DNA of 52,493 nucleotides from a virus (Duplodnaviria; Caudoviricetes): IMG/VR virus record IMGVR_UViG_3300037470_000686, positions 1 to 52,493 of that record; one strand, 5' to 3'. Shown piece by piece: positions 44,896 to 52,493 of this stretch (position 1 is its first letter; each line of letters starts with the position of its first letter). The notes under the pieces were generated by a model. It saw only the letters and a program-made list of their open reading frames with translations, ran no database searches and was not told where the DNA came from. The position numbers and the translations under genes were made by a program.

Positions 44896-46341
44896 ATGGC
44901 CCGCCCGCTCGACCTCGCCTGGCGGTCGAGGCCCGACACACTCGCCGCCCAGATCGACCCCCGGATCAGGCGGCACCCGCACGCCCGGCTCCTCGCCCGC
45001 AAGTTCCGCGACCTCTGCCTCACCGACCCGAACGAGGCCGACCGCTACCAGATATGGACGATGCAGCCCCAGGTCGGGAAGTCGACGTGGGGCTCAGTGT
45101 GGGGGCCCGTGTGGGCCCTCGACTGGCATCCCGAGTGGAACATCATTCTCACGAGCTACTCGGCGAAGCTCGCACGCCGCAACGCCCGCAACGCCCGCAA
45201 CATCATCCGCGACCACGCACGGCACCTCCGGGTCGCCCTCGCCCCCGACACGATGTCGGCCGAAGAGTGGTACACGACCGCCGGAGGAGGCGTGCTCTCC
45301 GCCGGAGTCGACGGCTCGATCACCGGCTTCAAGGGTGACCTGATCGTCATCGACGACCCGCACAAGAACCGGCGCGAAGCCAACTCGAAACACATGCGCG
45401 ACCTCGTGTGGGATTGGTGGCTCGACGACGTCCAGTCGAGGCTCCAAGGCCAGGAGCGAGTCCTGATCCCGATGACCCGATGGCACCCCGACGACATCGT
45501 CGGCCGCCTCGTCGCCGAGGACCCCGAGAAGTGGACCGTCACCCACCTCCCCGCACTCGCCGACCCAGAGATCATCGACCCCGACCCGATCGGCCGCGCC
45601 CCCGGCGAAGCCCTCTGTCCCGAGATGTTCACCGTCGAGGCGATGCACAACCGGCGCAAGGCGGTCGGCCCCATCGGGTTCGCCGCCCTCTACCAAGGCG
45701 TCCCGGTCCTCGCCGAGGGCGACATCTTGAAGCGCTCGTGGTGGCGGCTCCTCCTCCAACCGGTGCCGAGGTCCTTCGGTGATCTCACGATCACCTCGTG
45801 GGACATGGCCGGAGGCGACGACGGCGACTCGTGGACCGTCGGCCAGGTCTGGCAGGTCGACACCCACAACTACGAACGCAAGCGCCGCTACATCTGCATC
45901 GACCAAGTGCGCGGGAAGTGGAACCTCCCCGAGCAGAAACAGATGGTGCTGGCCCTGGCCGAACGCCACCCCCAGGCGAGCCACCACCTGATCGAGAACG
46001 CCTCGAACGGCCGGGCCGTACTCCAGGACCTCGCCGGGAAACTGTCCGGTCTCGAACCGATCAACCCCGGCGCACTCGGCTCGAAGGTCGACCGTGCCAT
46101 CTCGACCACGGGCCTCCTCAAAGACGGCGACATCTGGCTCCCCAACTACCTGCCTGAGTACGACGCCGCCGGAGAGCCCTGTTGGGTCGACAAGCTAATC
46201 GACGAGGCCGCCGACTTCCCCGGAGGCACAAACGACGACATGGTCGACACGTACTCTCAGGCGATCAACTGGCTCCGCAACCCGATCCACGGGGGCGACG
46301 CCTCCTACTCCTATGAGGCCGGAGCCGAGGACTACCGCTAA
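44896..46341 (+). CDS. terL: Terminase large subunit
   Basis: MQPQVGKST Walker A, LIVIDDP Walker B, MTRWHPDD, ALYQG, SWD, IENASNG, FPGGTNDDMVD. Confidence 0.93.
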   Translation: MARPLDLAWRSRPDTLAAQIDPRIRRHPHARLLARKFRDLCLTDPNEADRYQIWTMQPQVGKSTWGSVWGPVWALDWHPEWNIILTSYSAKLARRNARNARNIIRDHARHLRVALAPDTMSAEEWYTTAGGGVLSAGVDGSITGFKGDLIVIDDPHKNRREANSKHMRDLVWDWWLDDVQSRLQGQERVLIPMTRWHPDDIVGRLVAEDPEKWTVTHLPALADPEIIDPDPIGRAPGEALCPEMFTVEAMHNRRKAVGPIGFAALYQGVPVLAEGDILKRSWWRLLLQPVPRSFGDLTITSWDMAGGDDGDSWTVGQVWQVDTHNYERKRRYICIDQVRGKWNLPEQKQMVLALAERHPQASHHLIENASNGRAVLQDLAGKLSGLEPINPGALGSKVDRAISTTGLLKDGDIWLPNYLPEYDAAGEPCWVDKLIDEAADFPGGTNDDMVDTYSQAINWLRNPIHGGDASYSYEAGAEDYR

Positions 46342-46352
46342 GGTCTCGGCTC

Positions 46353-47255
46353 ATGACTTCACCCACGCAACGCACGAACACCCGGCCCCGCATCGAAGGC
46401 GGCGGCCGGGCGGCCATGGCCTACGCCGAGGTGATCGCCGACTCGATCAACCCGGCCGGGGAACGGATCACGACGATGCAGTGCCGGTTCCCTCGGATGA
46501 TCCTCGCCGAGGCCAACACTCACCGCCTGTTCTCGCGCAACTCGTCGTCGTCGAGGGCGATCCCCGTCGAGCGCAAGATCGCCGAGGTCATGAAGACGCC
46601 CTTCGTCCCGTACCGGTTCATGAAGAACGAGCGCGGGATGCAGTCGACGGTGCCCTGCACTCCCGAGGAAGACGCCGAGGCCGCCGAGACGTGGCTCGCC
46701 GCTCGCCTCGACGCCGTCGACTACGCCACCGACCTTGTCGAGAAGGGCATCCACAAACAGTTCGCGAACCGCATCCTCGAACCGTGGACCTGGCACGAGT
46801 GGGTCGTCACCTCCGTCTTCTGGGAGAACTTCCGGGTCCAACGAACCGGCCCGCTCCCGCAACCCGAGATGGCCGTCCTCGGCGAGCAGATGATCCAGGC
46901 CCGCGACCTGTCGACGCCGGTCGAGGTCGAGTGGGGCGGATGGCACCTCCCGTACACCGACACCCCCGGATGCGGGGACCGCACCTATCGGAGTCGCCTC
47001 ATGAGGATCTCCGCCGCCCGTTGCTGTCGTGTGAGCTTCACGCCCTACACCGGGGACCAGGAGGACCTCGACGACGACCTGAGGCTCTACGACGACCTCA
47101 CGACGGCAGACCCGATGCACTCGTCGCCACTCGAACACCCGGCGAAGGCGGTCCCGAACCTGGGCAAGCTCCCTGTCTCGAACTTCTCGCCGACGAGGTG
47201 GGGCCAGCTTCGCCACATGATCGAGGCCGAACGCGGGATCGAGTCGAGGAGCTAG
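46353..47255 (+). CDS. thyX: Flavin-dependent thymidylate synthase-like protein
   Basis: LAEANTHRLFSRNSSSSRAIP, HKQFANRILEP, SAARCCRVS, HSSPLEH; start may be ATG 46416. Confidence 0.82.
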   Translation: MTSPTQRTNTRPRIEGGGRAAMAYAEVIADSINPAGERITTMQCRFPRMILAEANTHRLFSRNSSSSRAIPVERKIAEVMKTPFVPYRFMKNERGMQSTVPCTPEEDAEAAETWLAARLDAVDYATDLVEKGIHKQFANRILEPWTWHEWVVTSVFWENFRVQRTGPLPQPEMAVLGEQMIQARDLSTPVEVEWGGWHLPYTDTPGCGDRTYRSRLMRISAARCCRVSFTPYTGDQEDLDDDLRLYDDLTTADPMHSSPLEHPAKAVPNLGKLPVSNFSPTRWGQLRHMIEAERGIESRS

Positions 47256-47319
47256 ACGTCGGCCACGCCGTCAACTACTGTCGCCTCTCACGCACCCACA
47301 CAGAAGGAAACACACGCCC

Positions 47320-47718
47320 ATGAGAGTCATGACCTGGCGGGCCTTGCTCGCCGTCCTCGCCGTCACCATCCCCACGTCGGCCCTCCTCGTCGCCACCACC
47401 TCGGCGACGGCGCACTACAACTGCGGGACCCCGGAGGCCGAGGACGACTGCCCCGAGGCCACGACGACCACGGCCCCGTCCGAGACGACCACCACCACCG
47501 AACCCCCCACGACCACCACCGAGCCGGAGCCGGAGATCACGACGACCACGACGACCGTCGAGCCCGAGATCCCGACCGTCACCACCACGCCACCCGGTCC
47601 GCCACCGTGCGCGGGAGATCCCGACGGCGAGCCCTGCCCATACGACGAACGGAACCCACCGGCCCCGCCGATCCACCGGGTCACGATCACCACCGACGTC
47701 CCCTCGTTCGCCGGATGA
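47320..47718 (+). CDS. Secreted Thr/Pro-rich protein
   Basis: Signal peptide ending ATA; two Cys pairs flanking a TTTT/P linker; ends PSFAG. Confidence 0.75.
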   Translation: MRVMTWRALLAVLAVTIPTSALLVATTSATAHYNCGTPEAEDDCPEATTTTAPSETTTTTEPPTTTTEPEPEITTTTTTVEPEIPTVTTTPPGPPPCAGDPDGEPCPYDERNPPAPPIHRVTITTDVPSFAG

Positions 47719-48173
47719 GCGGCCGCCGGATCTACCTCGCCTCGTCGTGGCGCAACCCCCAACAGCCCGAACTCGTCACGACGCTTCGAGCCGAAGGTCA
47801 CGAGGTCTACGACTTCCGCAACCCGCCCGGCGGCTCCGGGTTCGGATGGGAACAACTCGACCCCGACTGGAACCGTGACGCCCCCGCCGGGCAGACATCG
47901 GTCTGGACCTACCTCGACATGATCGACCACCCCGTCGCCGTCGAGGGCTTCACCGCCGATCTCACGGCGATGGAGTGGGCCGACACGTTCGTGCTCGCCC
48001 TGCCGTGCGGACGGTCCGCCCACCTCGAAGCCGGGTGGGCGTGCGGCCGAGGAGTGCCGACGGCGATCCTCCTCGGCGAGGACCCGATGGAGCCCGAACT
48101 CATGTACCGGCTCGCCAACGTCCCGTGCGCCTCGATCGAGTCGCTCGTCCTCTGGCTCGGAGGGCTCGCATGA
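47715..48173 (+). CDS. Nucleoside 2-deoxyribosyltransferase/hydrolase-like protein
   Basis: IYLASSW, D..AMEWAD..V, SAHLEAGWA. Confidence 0.75.
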   Translation: MSGRRIYLASSWRNPQQPELVTTLRAEGHEVYDFRNPPGGSGFGWEQLDPDWNRDAPAGQTSVWTYLDMIDHPVAVEGFTADLTAMEWADTFVLALPCGRSAHLEAGWACGRGVPTAILLGEDPMEPELMYRLANVPCASIESLVLWLGGLA

Positions 48174-48751
48174 CCGACCCGAAGGTCTCGTGTCTCCGGT
48201 GCGAGGACTGCGGCCAGATCGCCAGCGGGGACGAGGGGGCACCGTGGACCTACTGGCAGGACCTCCCGCCCGGCTCTGACCTCGCGGTGCAGTTGGGTGT
48301 AGTCCGGCCGATCCCCTGCCCGGACTGTCGAGGCGGTGCCGGACCCGACGTCGAGGAGGCGTTCGTACCCGCCGACCTCGCCGCCGAGAAGGCGAAGATG
48401 ATGGAGACGATCCGGGAGTCGTTCGCCGAGGCGAGGGCCCTCTCTCGGCTACGAATCGTGATCGGCGAGATCGAGGAGGAACGGGTCCGCCAGATGCTCG
48501 AAGAGGGCTACTCCCCCGAGCACGACGACGGCCACGAAGACGGCGAACTCCGCCGGGCCGCCGCCGCCTACTCACTGCAAGACCATCGGCTCTGGCCGTG
48601 GGATGATGACTCGTGGAAGCCGAGGACGATCCGCCGTGACCTCCTCAGGTCGGCCGCTCTCCTGATCGCCGAGGTCCAACGCCTCGACCGGCTCGTCGCC
48701 AACGCCCGCCTCGCCGACAAGCCGGGCACGGCGGTGGCCGAAGACGGCTAG
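48170..48751 (+). CDS. Conserved phage protein (Zn-finger plus ERxRQ..EG..HDD helical domain)
   Basis: EERVRQMLEEGYSPEHDD...WPW...WKP...RRDLLRSAALLIAEVQRLDR. Confidence 0.7.
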   Translation: MTDPKVSCLRCEDCGQIASGDEGAPWTYWQDLPPGSDLAVQLGVVRPIPCPDCRGGAGPDVEEAFVPADLAAEKAKMMETIRESFAEARALSRLRIVIGEIEEERVRQMLEEGYSPEHDDGHEDGELRRAAAAYSLQDHRLWPWDDDSWKPRTIRRDLLRSAALLIAEVQRLDRLVANARLADKPGTAVAEDG

Positions 48752-49170
48752 TCGTCGCGCCCGAACGGGGCCGAGTGCCACGGCCCGGCATGACCGCCGG
48801 ACTGTTGGATCAACTCGGTCGCCTGGGCGACCGTGTAGGTCTTTACCCTCCGGGCCCGGCCCCACTGGCGGTACTCGCGCCATGAGATCCAATAGTCGAG
48901 GACCGGGTCGAAGACCATCCCCTTCCACTCGCACCAGGCATGACCGATGCGCGGCAACGGCGGCCGCTCTATCGACCCGTGCACGAGCTTCCATCCCGGA
49001 TGGTCGTTCGACAGGTCGAGGCCCCACGTGATCGCTCCGGACATCTCGTAGCACCGGCCGACCCGGTCCCGGAACTCGTACCCGTAGATCGGCGACGAGA
49101 TCCCGGCCCAATGACCGGGGACCGGACCGGCGAACTCGTGGAGCACCGCCTCCTCTTCGGCGGGGGTCAC
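48748..49170 (-). CDS. Transglutaminase/papain-like Cys-His-Asp protein
   Basis: GRCYE...LVHG...GHAWCE...VFDP. Confidence 0.6.
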   Translation of the reverse strand: MTPAEEEAVLHEFAGPVPGHWAGISSPIYGYEFRDRVGRCYEMSGAITWGLDLSNDHPGWKLVHGSIERPPLPRIGHAWCEWKGMVFDPVLDYWISWREYRQWGRARRVKTYTVAQATELIQQSGGHAGPWHSAPFGRDD

Positions 49171-49568
49171 TTCGTCACCCCTCGACGGGCGACGAGCCAC
49201 TCGTCGGCGTCGACCCGGATCTCCCGGACACCGGACCGGACCGCCACGGTCCCGTCGGCGTAGCACGCCACGACATGACCGAGGGTCCGCTTCGTGCCTG
49301 GCGACTTCTTCAACTGCACCGCCACGTTGACGCCTGGCTTCAAGATCCGTTGCCCTGGCCGCCGGATCTCCGGCACCTCCTCGAAGGTCGGGAGGGTCTC
49401 GGTCGACTCGCGGTCGGGGCACCGGCACAGAGAGGCGAGGTGGGCGAGGGCATCGGCCCGGCTCAGGTAGTGGATCACGCCGTCGACCTTGCGGCCGTAG
49501 CGGGTGCCTCCTCGGACGGCGTCGGCGGTGGCGCAGTGGCCGCACCGCCTCGGCGTCTTCGTCTTCAT
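49167..49568 (-). CDS. Hypothetical protein
   Basis: GAGG RBS; CGHC...CRC; SH3-like C-terminus. Confidence 0.6.
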   Translation of the reverse strand: MKTKTPRRCGHCATADAVRGGTRYGRKVDGVIHYLSRADALAHLASLCRCPDRESTETLPTFEEVPEIRRPGQRILKPGVNVAVQLKKSPGTKRTLGHVVACYADGTVAVRSGVREIRVDADEWLVARRGVTK

Positions 49569-49579
49569 GGTTGCCCCTC

Positions 49580-50203
49580 TCACTTGATCCGCCAGGCCGT
49601 CACGATCGCCGTGACGCCCGGCCGGACATGGACCTTGATCGGTTTGAGGGCGTCCGTTGGATGCGGTTGCAAGAGCACCCCCGAGTCGAGCGTCTTCGTG
49701 ACGGCGAGGAGGAACTTGAACCCGTTCTCGCCGAGGCCGACCGGGAGACTCTGGCCGTCGGCCTGACTCCATGCCGGGTAGTCGTTCAGCGGGGCGATGA
49801 TCCTCTCGACGTTCGGGAAGCTGGCCTCGGGAGTGCTCTCGAACGAGACGAGCACCTTGCCGATGGTCGCCACGCCCTGACTCATCGAGACGGTGAGCTT
49901 CTTCGCACGCAGACTGTCCTTGACGTTGCCAGCGGCTAGAGCCTTCTTGAAGTCCGCCCCCGGCAGGAGGACGTCGAAGACGGGGGCCTCGTGGACGATG
50001 AACTCTTCCTGCCAGAGCACGTAGGAGTCAGTCGAGGTAATCGTCACGGTCTGGCCGTCCGACTGGATTCGCACCGAGGTGAGCATCCGCCGGGCCTTGT
50101 CGGCACCGGCCGCTACGCCTGCCGCGATGGTGAGTGAGTCGATGATCTGTTGGGTGGCGTCACCTTCGACGGTGAGGGTTACTGGTTCCTGGTTCGTGGT
50201 CAT
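49580..50203 (-). CDS. DNA polymerase III beta-clamp-like protein (two domains only)
   Basis: RRMLTSV, STDSYVL, FPNVERII, LKPI, terminal WRIK resemble DnaN RPILTGV, ATDSYRL, FPxYRxLI, xKP, MPVR; 207 aa. Confidence 0.75.
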   Translation of the reverse strand: MTTNQEPVTLTVEGDATQQIIDSLTIAAGVAAGADKARRMLTSVRIQSDGQTVTITSTDSYVLWQEEFIVHEAPVFDVLLPGADFKKALAAGNVKDSLRAKKLTVSMSQGVATIGKVLVSFESTPEASFPNVERIIAPLNDYPAWSQADGQSLPVGLGENGFKFLLAVTKTLDSGVLLQPHPTDALKPIKVHVRPGVTAIVTAWRIK

Positions 50204-50305
50204 GGCTTCATTGTAGCAGGGTGTAGTTGAAAGTCAACTACTAGATTCCCCGAACATGGTGCACGGAGTAGTTGACATTCAACTACGGCTCGCTATAGTG
50301 AAGAC
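50204..50305. promoter_or_regulatory. Divergent promoters, each with a perfect operator-like palindrome
   Basis: GTAGTTGA-aag-TCAACTAC 50223-50241 (minus TTGACT-N16-TACAAT-N6-ATG); GTAGTTGA-cat-TCAACTAC 50268-50286 (plus TTGACA-N16-TATAGT). Confidence 0.88.
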
Positions 50306-50336
50306 GTACCCACCCACCGACCAGGAGGTCGCCGCA

Positions 50337-50651
50337 ATGCCCGAGTCCACCGACGCCGTCTCGATCGACGAGTGGCTCGCTCACCAGATGGGCGGCTACA
50401 CCGAGGCCCAACTCTCGGCCGCGTTCGACACGGTGAAGGACCCCGAGAACTGGAAGAACATGATCCTCGCGAGGATCGCCCCGGTCGACGGTCCGGTCAC
50501 CGAGAAGCACCTCGACCTCGTCGGCCGGGCGGTCACGTTCTTCACCGGCTCGGTCGCCACGTTCACCGCGATCAACGATCACGAGACCGGCGAGCCCAAC
50601 GGGGCCTATCTGGTCGAGGCCGACGGCTACTACGTGGCGTGTGGCGCATGA
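50337..50651 (+). CDS. Hypothetical phage protein
   Basis: AGGAGG RBS; AFDTVKDPENWK...AVTFFTGS...ADGYY. Confidence 0.75.
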   Translation: MPESTDAVSIDEWLAHQMGGYTEAQLSAAFDTVKDPENWKNMILARIAPVDGPVTEKHLDLVGRAVTFFTGSVATFTAINDHETGEPNGAYLVEADGYYVACGA

Positions 50652-50800
50652 CCGCTCCCGACGACGCCCTCGCCCCCCGGTGGTGCGGGGCCCGCCGACC
50701 GTCCGGTCTCGGCGAACCGTGCGAACTCCACCTCGGCCACACCGAGGACCATCTGACAACCGACCACGACACCGGTCGAGAAAGGCGGTGGACGATATGA
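50648..50800 (+). CDS. Small Cys/His protein
   Basis: WCGA...CELHLGH..DH; ATGA overlaps. Confidence 0.55.
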   Translation: MTAPDDALAPRWCGARRPSGLGEPCELHLGHTEDHLTTDHDTGRERRWTI

Positions 50801-51030
50801 GCGACACCGAGATCCTGGAGTGCCTCGACGACCGAGGCGAGAACACGTGCCGGGGACCCGTCGAGTTGCGGATGCCGATGTCCGGCACCGGCCGCTCGTT
50901 CCCCCGGTGCGAGGCGCACTTCGAGATCGCCCTCGCCAAGTTCGAGGAGATCAATCAGCGTTACCCGGTCAACGCCCCGGCCGACTTCGACTACCTCGAC
51001 GCCGGGGAGCATTGGGACGAGGACTACTGA
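50797..51030 (+). CDS. Hypothetical actinophage protein
   Basis: ECLD..CRGPV..SGTG.SFPRC..H...PADFD..DAGEHW. Confidence 0.7.
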   Translation: MSDTEILECLDDRGENTCRGPVELRMPMSGTGRSFPRCEAHFEIALAKFEEINQRYPVNAPADFDYLDAGEHWDEDY

Positions 51031-51031
51031 C

Positions 51032-51286
51032 ATGGACGAGATCACCGAGGCGATCGACGCCCAGACGAAGACGTGGACGTGGATCGCCATGGGCTCATGC
51101 GAACGAGGCGGCGGCCACTACGGCTACGGCAACACCGAGGCCGAGGCGCTCGCCAACGCCAACGATCACGGGTGCGTCGACGACATGAAGGTCGGCCGGT
51201 TCTCCGAACCGACGAAGGTCGTCGTCGACATCTTCGGCCGCATTCACTGGAAGCCTTCGACCTCGACGCTGGAGTGGATCGAGTGA
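51032..51286 (+). CDS. Hypothetical protein
   Basis: GAGGA RBS; YGYGNTEAEA. Confidence 0.65.
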   Translation: MDEITEAIDAQTKTWTWIAMGSCERGGGHYGYGNTEAEALANANDHGCVDDMKVGRFSEPTKVVVDIFGRIHWKPSTSTLEWIE

Positions 51287-51507
51287 GACCTCAACTCGCC
51301 GAGAAATACGACTTCGTCAGGGGCTACGACCTCTCCGTCTGCCGCGCTCCCGGCCAACTGGCCTACCGGTGGGCGCTGATTGAGAACCGCCACGGCGTGA
51401 CCTGCCACGAGGGCGTCTCTCTAACGTTGGCCGGGGCGGAGACGGCGGCCGCCGAAGTCATGGCCCCACTGCCCACTCGGCACTGTCAGTGGGCAGTGGC
51501 CCGATGA
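51283..51507 (+). CDS. Hypothetical protein
   Basis: GTGA overlap. Confidence 0.5.
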   Translation: MRPQLAEKYDFVRGYDLSVCRAPGQLAYRWALIENRHGVTCHEGVSLTLAGAETAAAEVMAPLPTRHCQWAVAR

Positions 51508-51731
51508 GCTTCCCGCCACCCACCCCCATCCCGCTCGAAGACGTCGAGGACGTGCCGATGCGGTTCTATCGACTCCTCTCCGTCGACGCCGCGATCGCCG
51601 TGCATCACCCCGACCAGAGGCGGGTGATCCGGTTCGCCGAGTCGGTCCGCCGATGCTCGACCCGGTCCTACCACGGGGACGTCCGAACGTCGGTCACCGA
51701 CGACGGCGTCCTCATCTGGATCGAACGCTGA
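51504..51731 (+). CDS. Hypothetical protein
   Basis: ATGA overlap. Confidence 0.5.
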   Translation: MSFPPPTPIPLEDVEDVPMRFYRLLSVDAAIAVHHPDQRRVIRFAESVRRCSTRSYHGDVRTSVTDDGVLIWIER

Positions 51732-51777
51732 ACGTCAACTACACTCACCCGAGCACCTACACGAAAGCACCCACGAG

Positions 51778-52485
51778 ATGATGGACACCGAGATACCGAC
51801 CACGCCCGACGACTTCGACCTCGAAGCCCTCGCCTCCCTCGCTCCCGAAGACTTCGACGAGCCGGGTGATTGGGACGAGGCCCGAGTCGAGAAGATCCTC
51901 GCCGGATACGCCGCTCTCCAACGCAAGCGCGACCGGCTCAACGCCATCTGGACCGAACGCCTCCACGAGATCGACGCCCGCCGGATCGAGACCCTGCAAC
52001 CGATGGAGAACCGGCTCGCCTTCCTGGAGGACACCCTGCACGCCTGGGCGCTCCGCAAACGTGAAGAGTCCGACGTCACCTCGACGAAGCTCCCCTCCGG
52101 GAAGGTCGGGGCGCGCAAGGGCCAACCGAAGGTCGACGTGAAGAAGGACTCCGACGTGGCCGACCGAATCCACGATGGGTCCGCCCTCGTCGGCATCGAC
52201 ACGCCGTGGGTGCGCGAGATGATCCGCACGAAGCCGGAGGTCCACGAGATCGAGAAGGACGTCGTCAAGAAGCTCGTGAAGGACGAGGTGCTCATCGTCG
52301 TCGAAGAGGTCTGGCTCGTCGTCAACCTCCCCGAGTTCCACCTCGGCGGCACCGTCGAGGACGGTCTCTTCTGGATCGACTCGAAGACCGGCGAGAAGGT
52401 CGAGGACGACGTGACGGTCATCCCCGACATGTTCTTCCTCCCGGCCGAGTACAGGCCCTACATCGACCTCCCCGGCGAGGGCTGA
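51778..52485 (+). CDS. gam: Mu Gam-like DNA end-protection protein
   Basis: Long coiled coil, RLAFLEDTLHAW, STKLPSGKVGARK, IRTKPEV..I.K..VKK. Confidence 0.75.
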   Translation: MMDTEIPTTPDDFDLEALASLAPEDFDEPGDWDEARVEKILAGYAALQRKRDRLNAIWTERLHEIDARRIETLQPMENRLAFLEDTLHAWALRKREESDVTSTKLPSGKVGARKGQPKVDVKKDSDVADRIHDGSALVGIDTPWVREMIRTKPEVHEIEKDVVKKLVKDEVLIVVEEVWLVVNLPEFHLGGTVEDGLFWIDSKTGEKVEDDVTVIPDMFFLPAEYRPYIDLPGEG

Positions 52486-52493
52486 GCGATGCC

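Larger units (their letters stand above)
1..52366. mobile_element. Complete tailed bacteriophage genome (actinobacterial siphovirus-like), circularly permuted assembly
   Basis: Full set of portal, capsid, tail, tape measure, terminase and lysis genes; WhiB, leaderless promoters and high GC point to an actinobacterial host; the two ends overlap exactly. Confidence 0.95.

Noticed and set aside
1-52366. Very frequent GTCGAC/CTCGAC/ATCGAC hexamers as a signal
   Set aside because: Explained by Val/Leu/Ile-Asp codon pairs in this codon bias
52367-52493. Terminal repeat as a biological DTR or att site
   Set aside because: It is exactly 127 nt and lies mid-gene; best explained as assembler overlap

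Overview
The window is a complete, circularly assembled genome of about 52,366 bp from a high-GC tailed phage (siphovirus-type) that infects an actinobacterium. Positions 1-127 repeat exactly at 52367-52493. It has head genes (portal, scaffold, decoration, major capsid) and tail genes (two tail-tube paralogues, a -1 frameshifted chaperone, tape measure, tip and fibre proteins). It also has a holin/M15 endolysin cassette, a replication/recombination arm (Cas4-like protein, gp3-like protein, HTH initiator with internal iterons, DnaQ-like exonuclease, WhiB, LmbU-like protein), terminases far from the portal, ThyX, an NDT-like protein, a two-domain beta-clamp, Mu Gam and a Spo11/TopoVI-A-like protein. 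I recognised no integrase, repressor, DNA polymerase, helicase, tRNA or CRISPR array. Most notable: (1) a MuF-type minor head protein fused to an apparently intact zeta-toxin kinase, with a candidate small immunity gene in a convergent early operon; (2) a two-tier transcription code visible in the DNA, with GTAGTTGA-N3-TCAACTAC palindromes over the -35 of mostly leaderless promoters driving gene islands, and a separate CGCGTC-N23/25-(-10) motif that restarts structural genes; (3) a multi-stem structured RNA candidate directly upstream of a small HNH nuclease; (4) a Cas4-like protein with a degenerate active site. All family calls come from motif recognition by eye; no database search was run.
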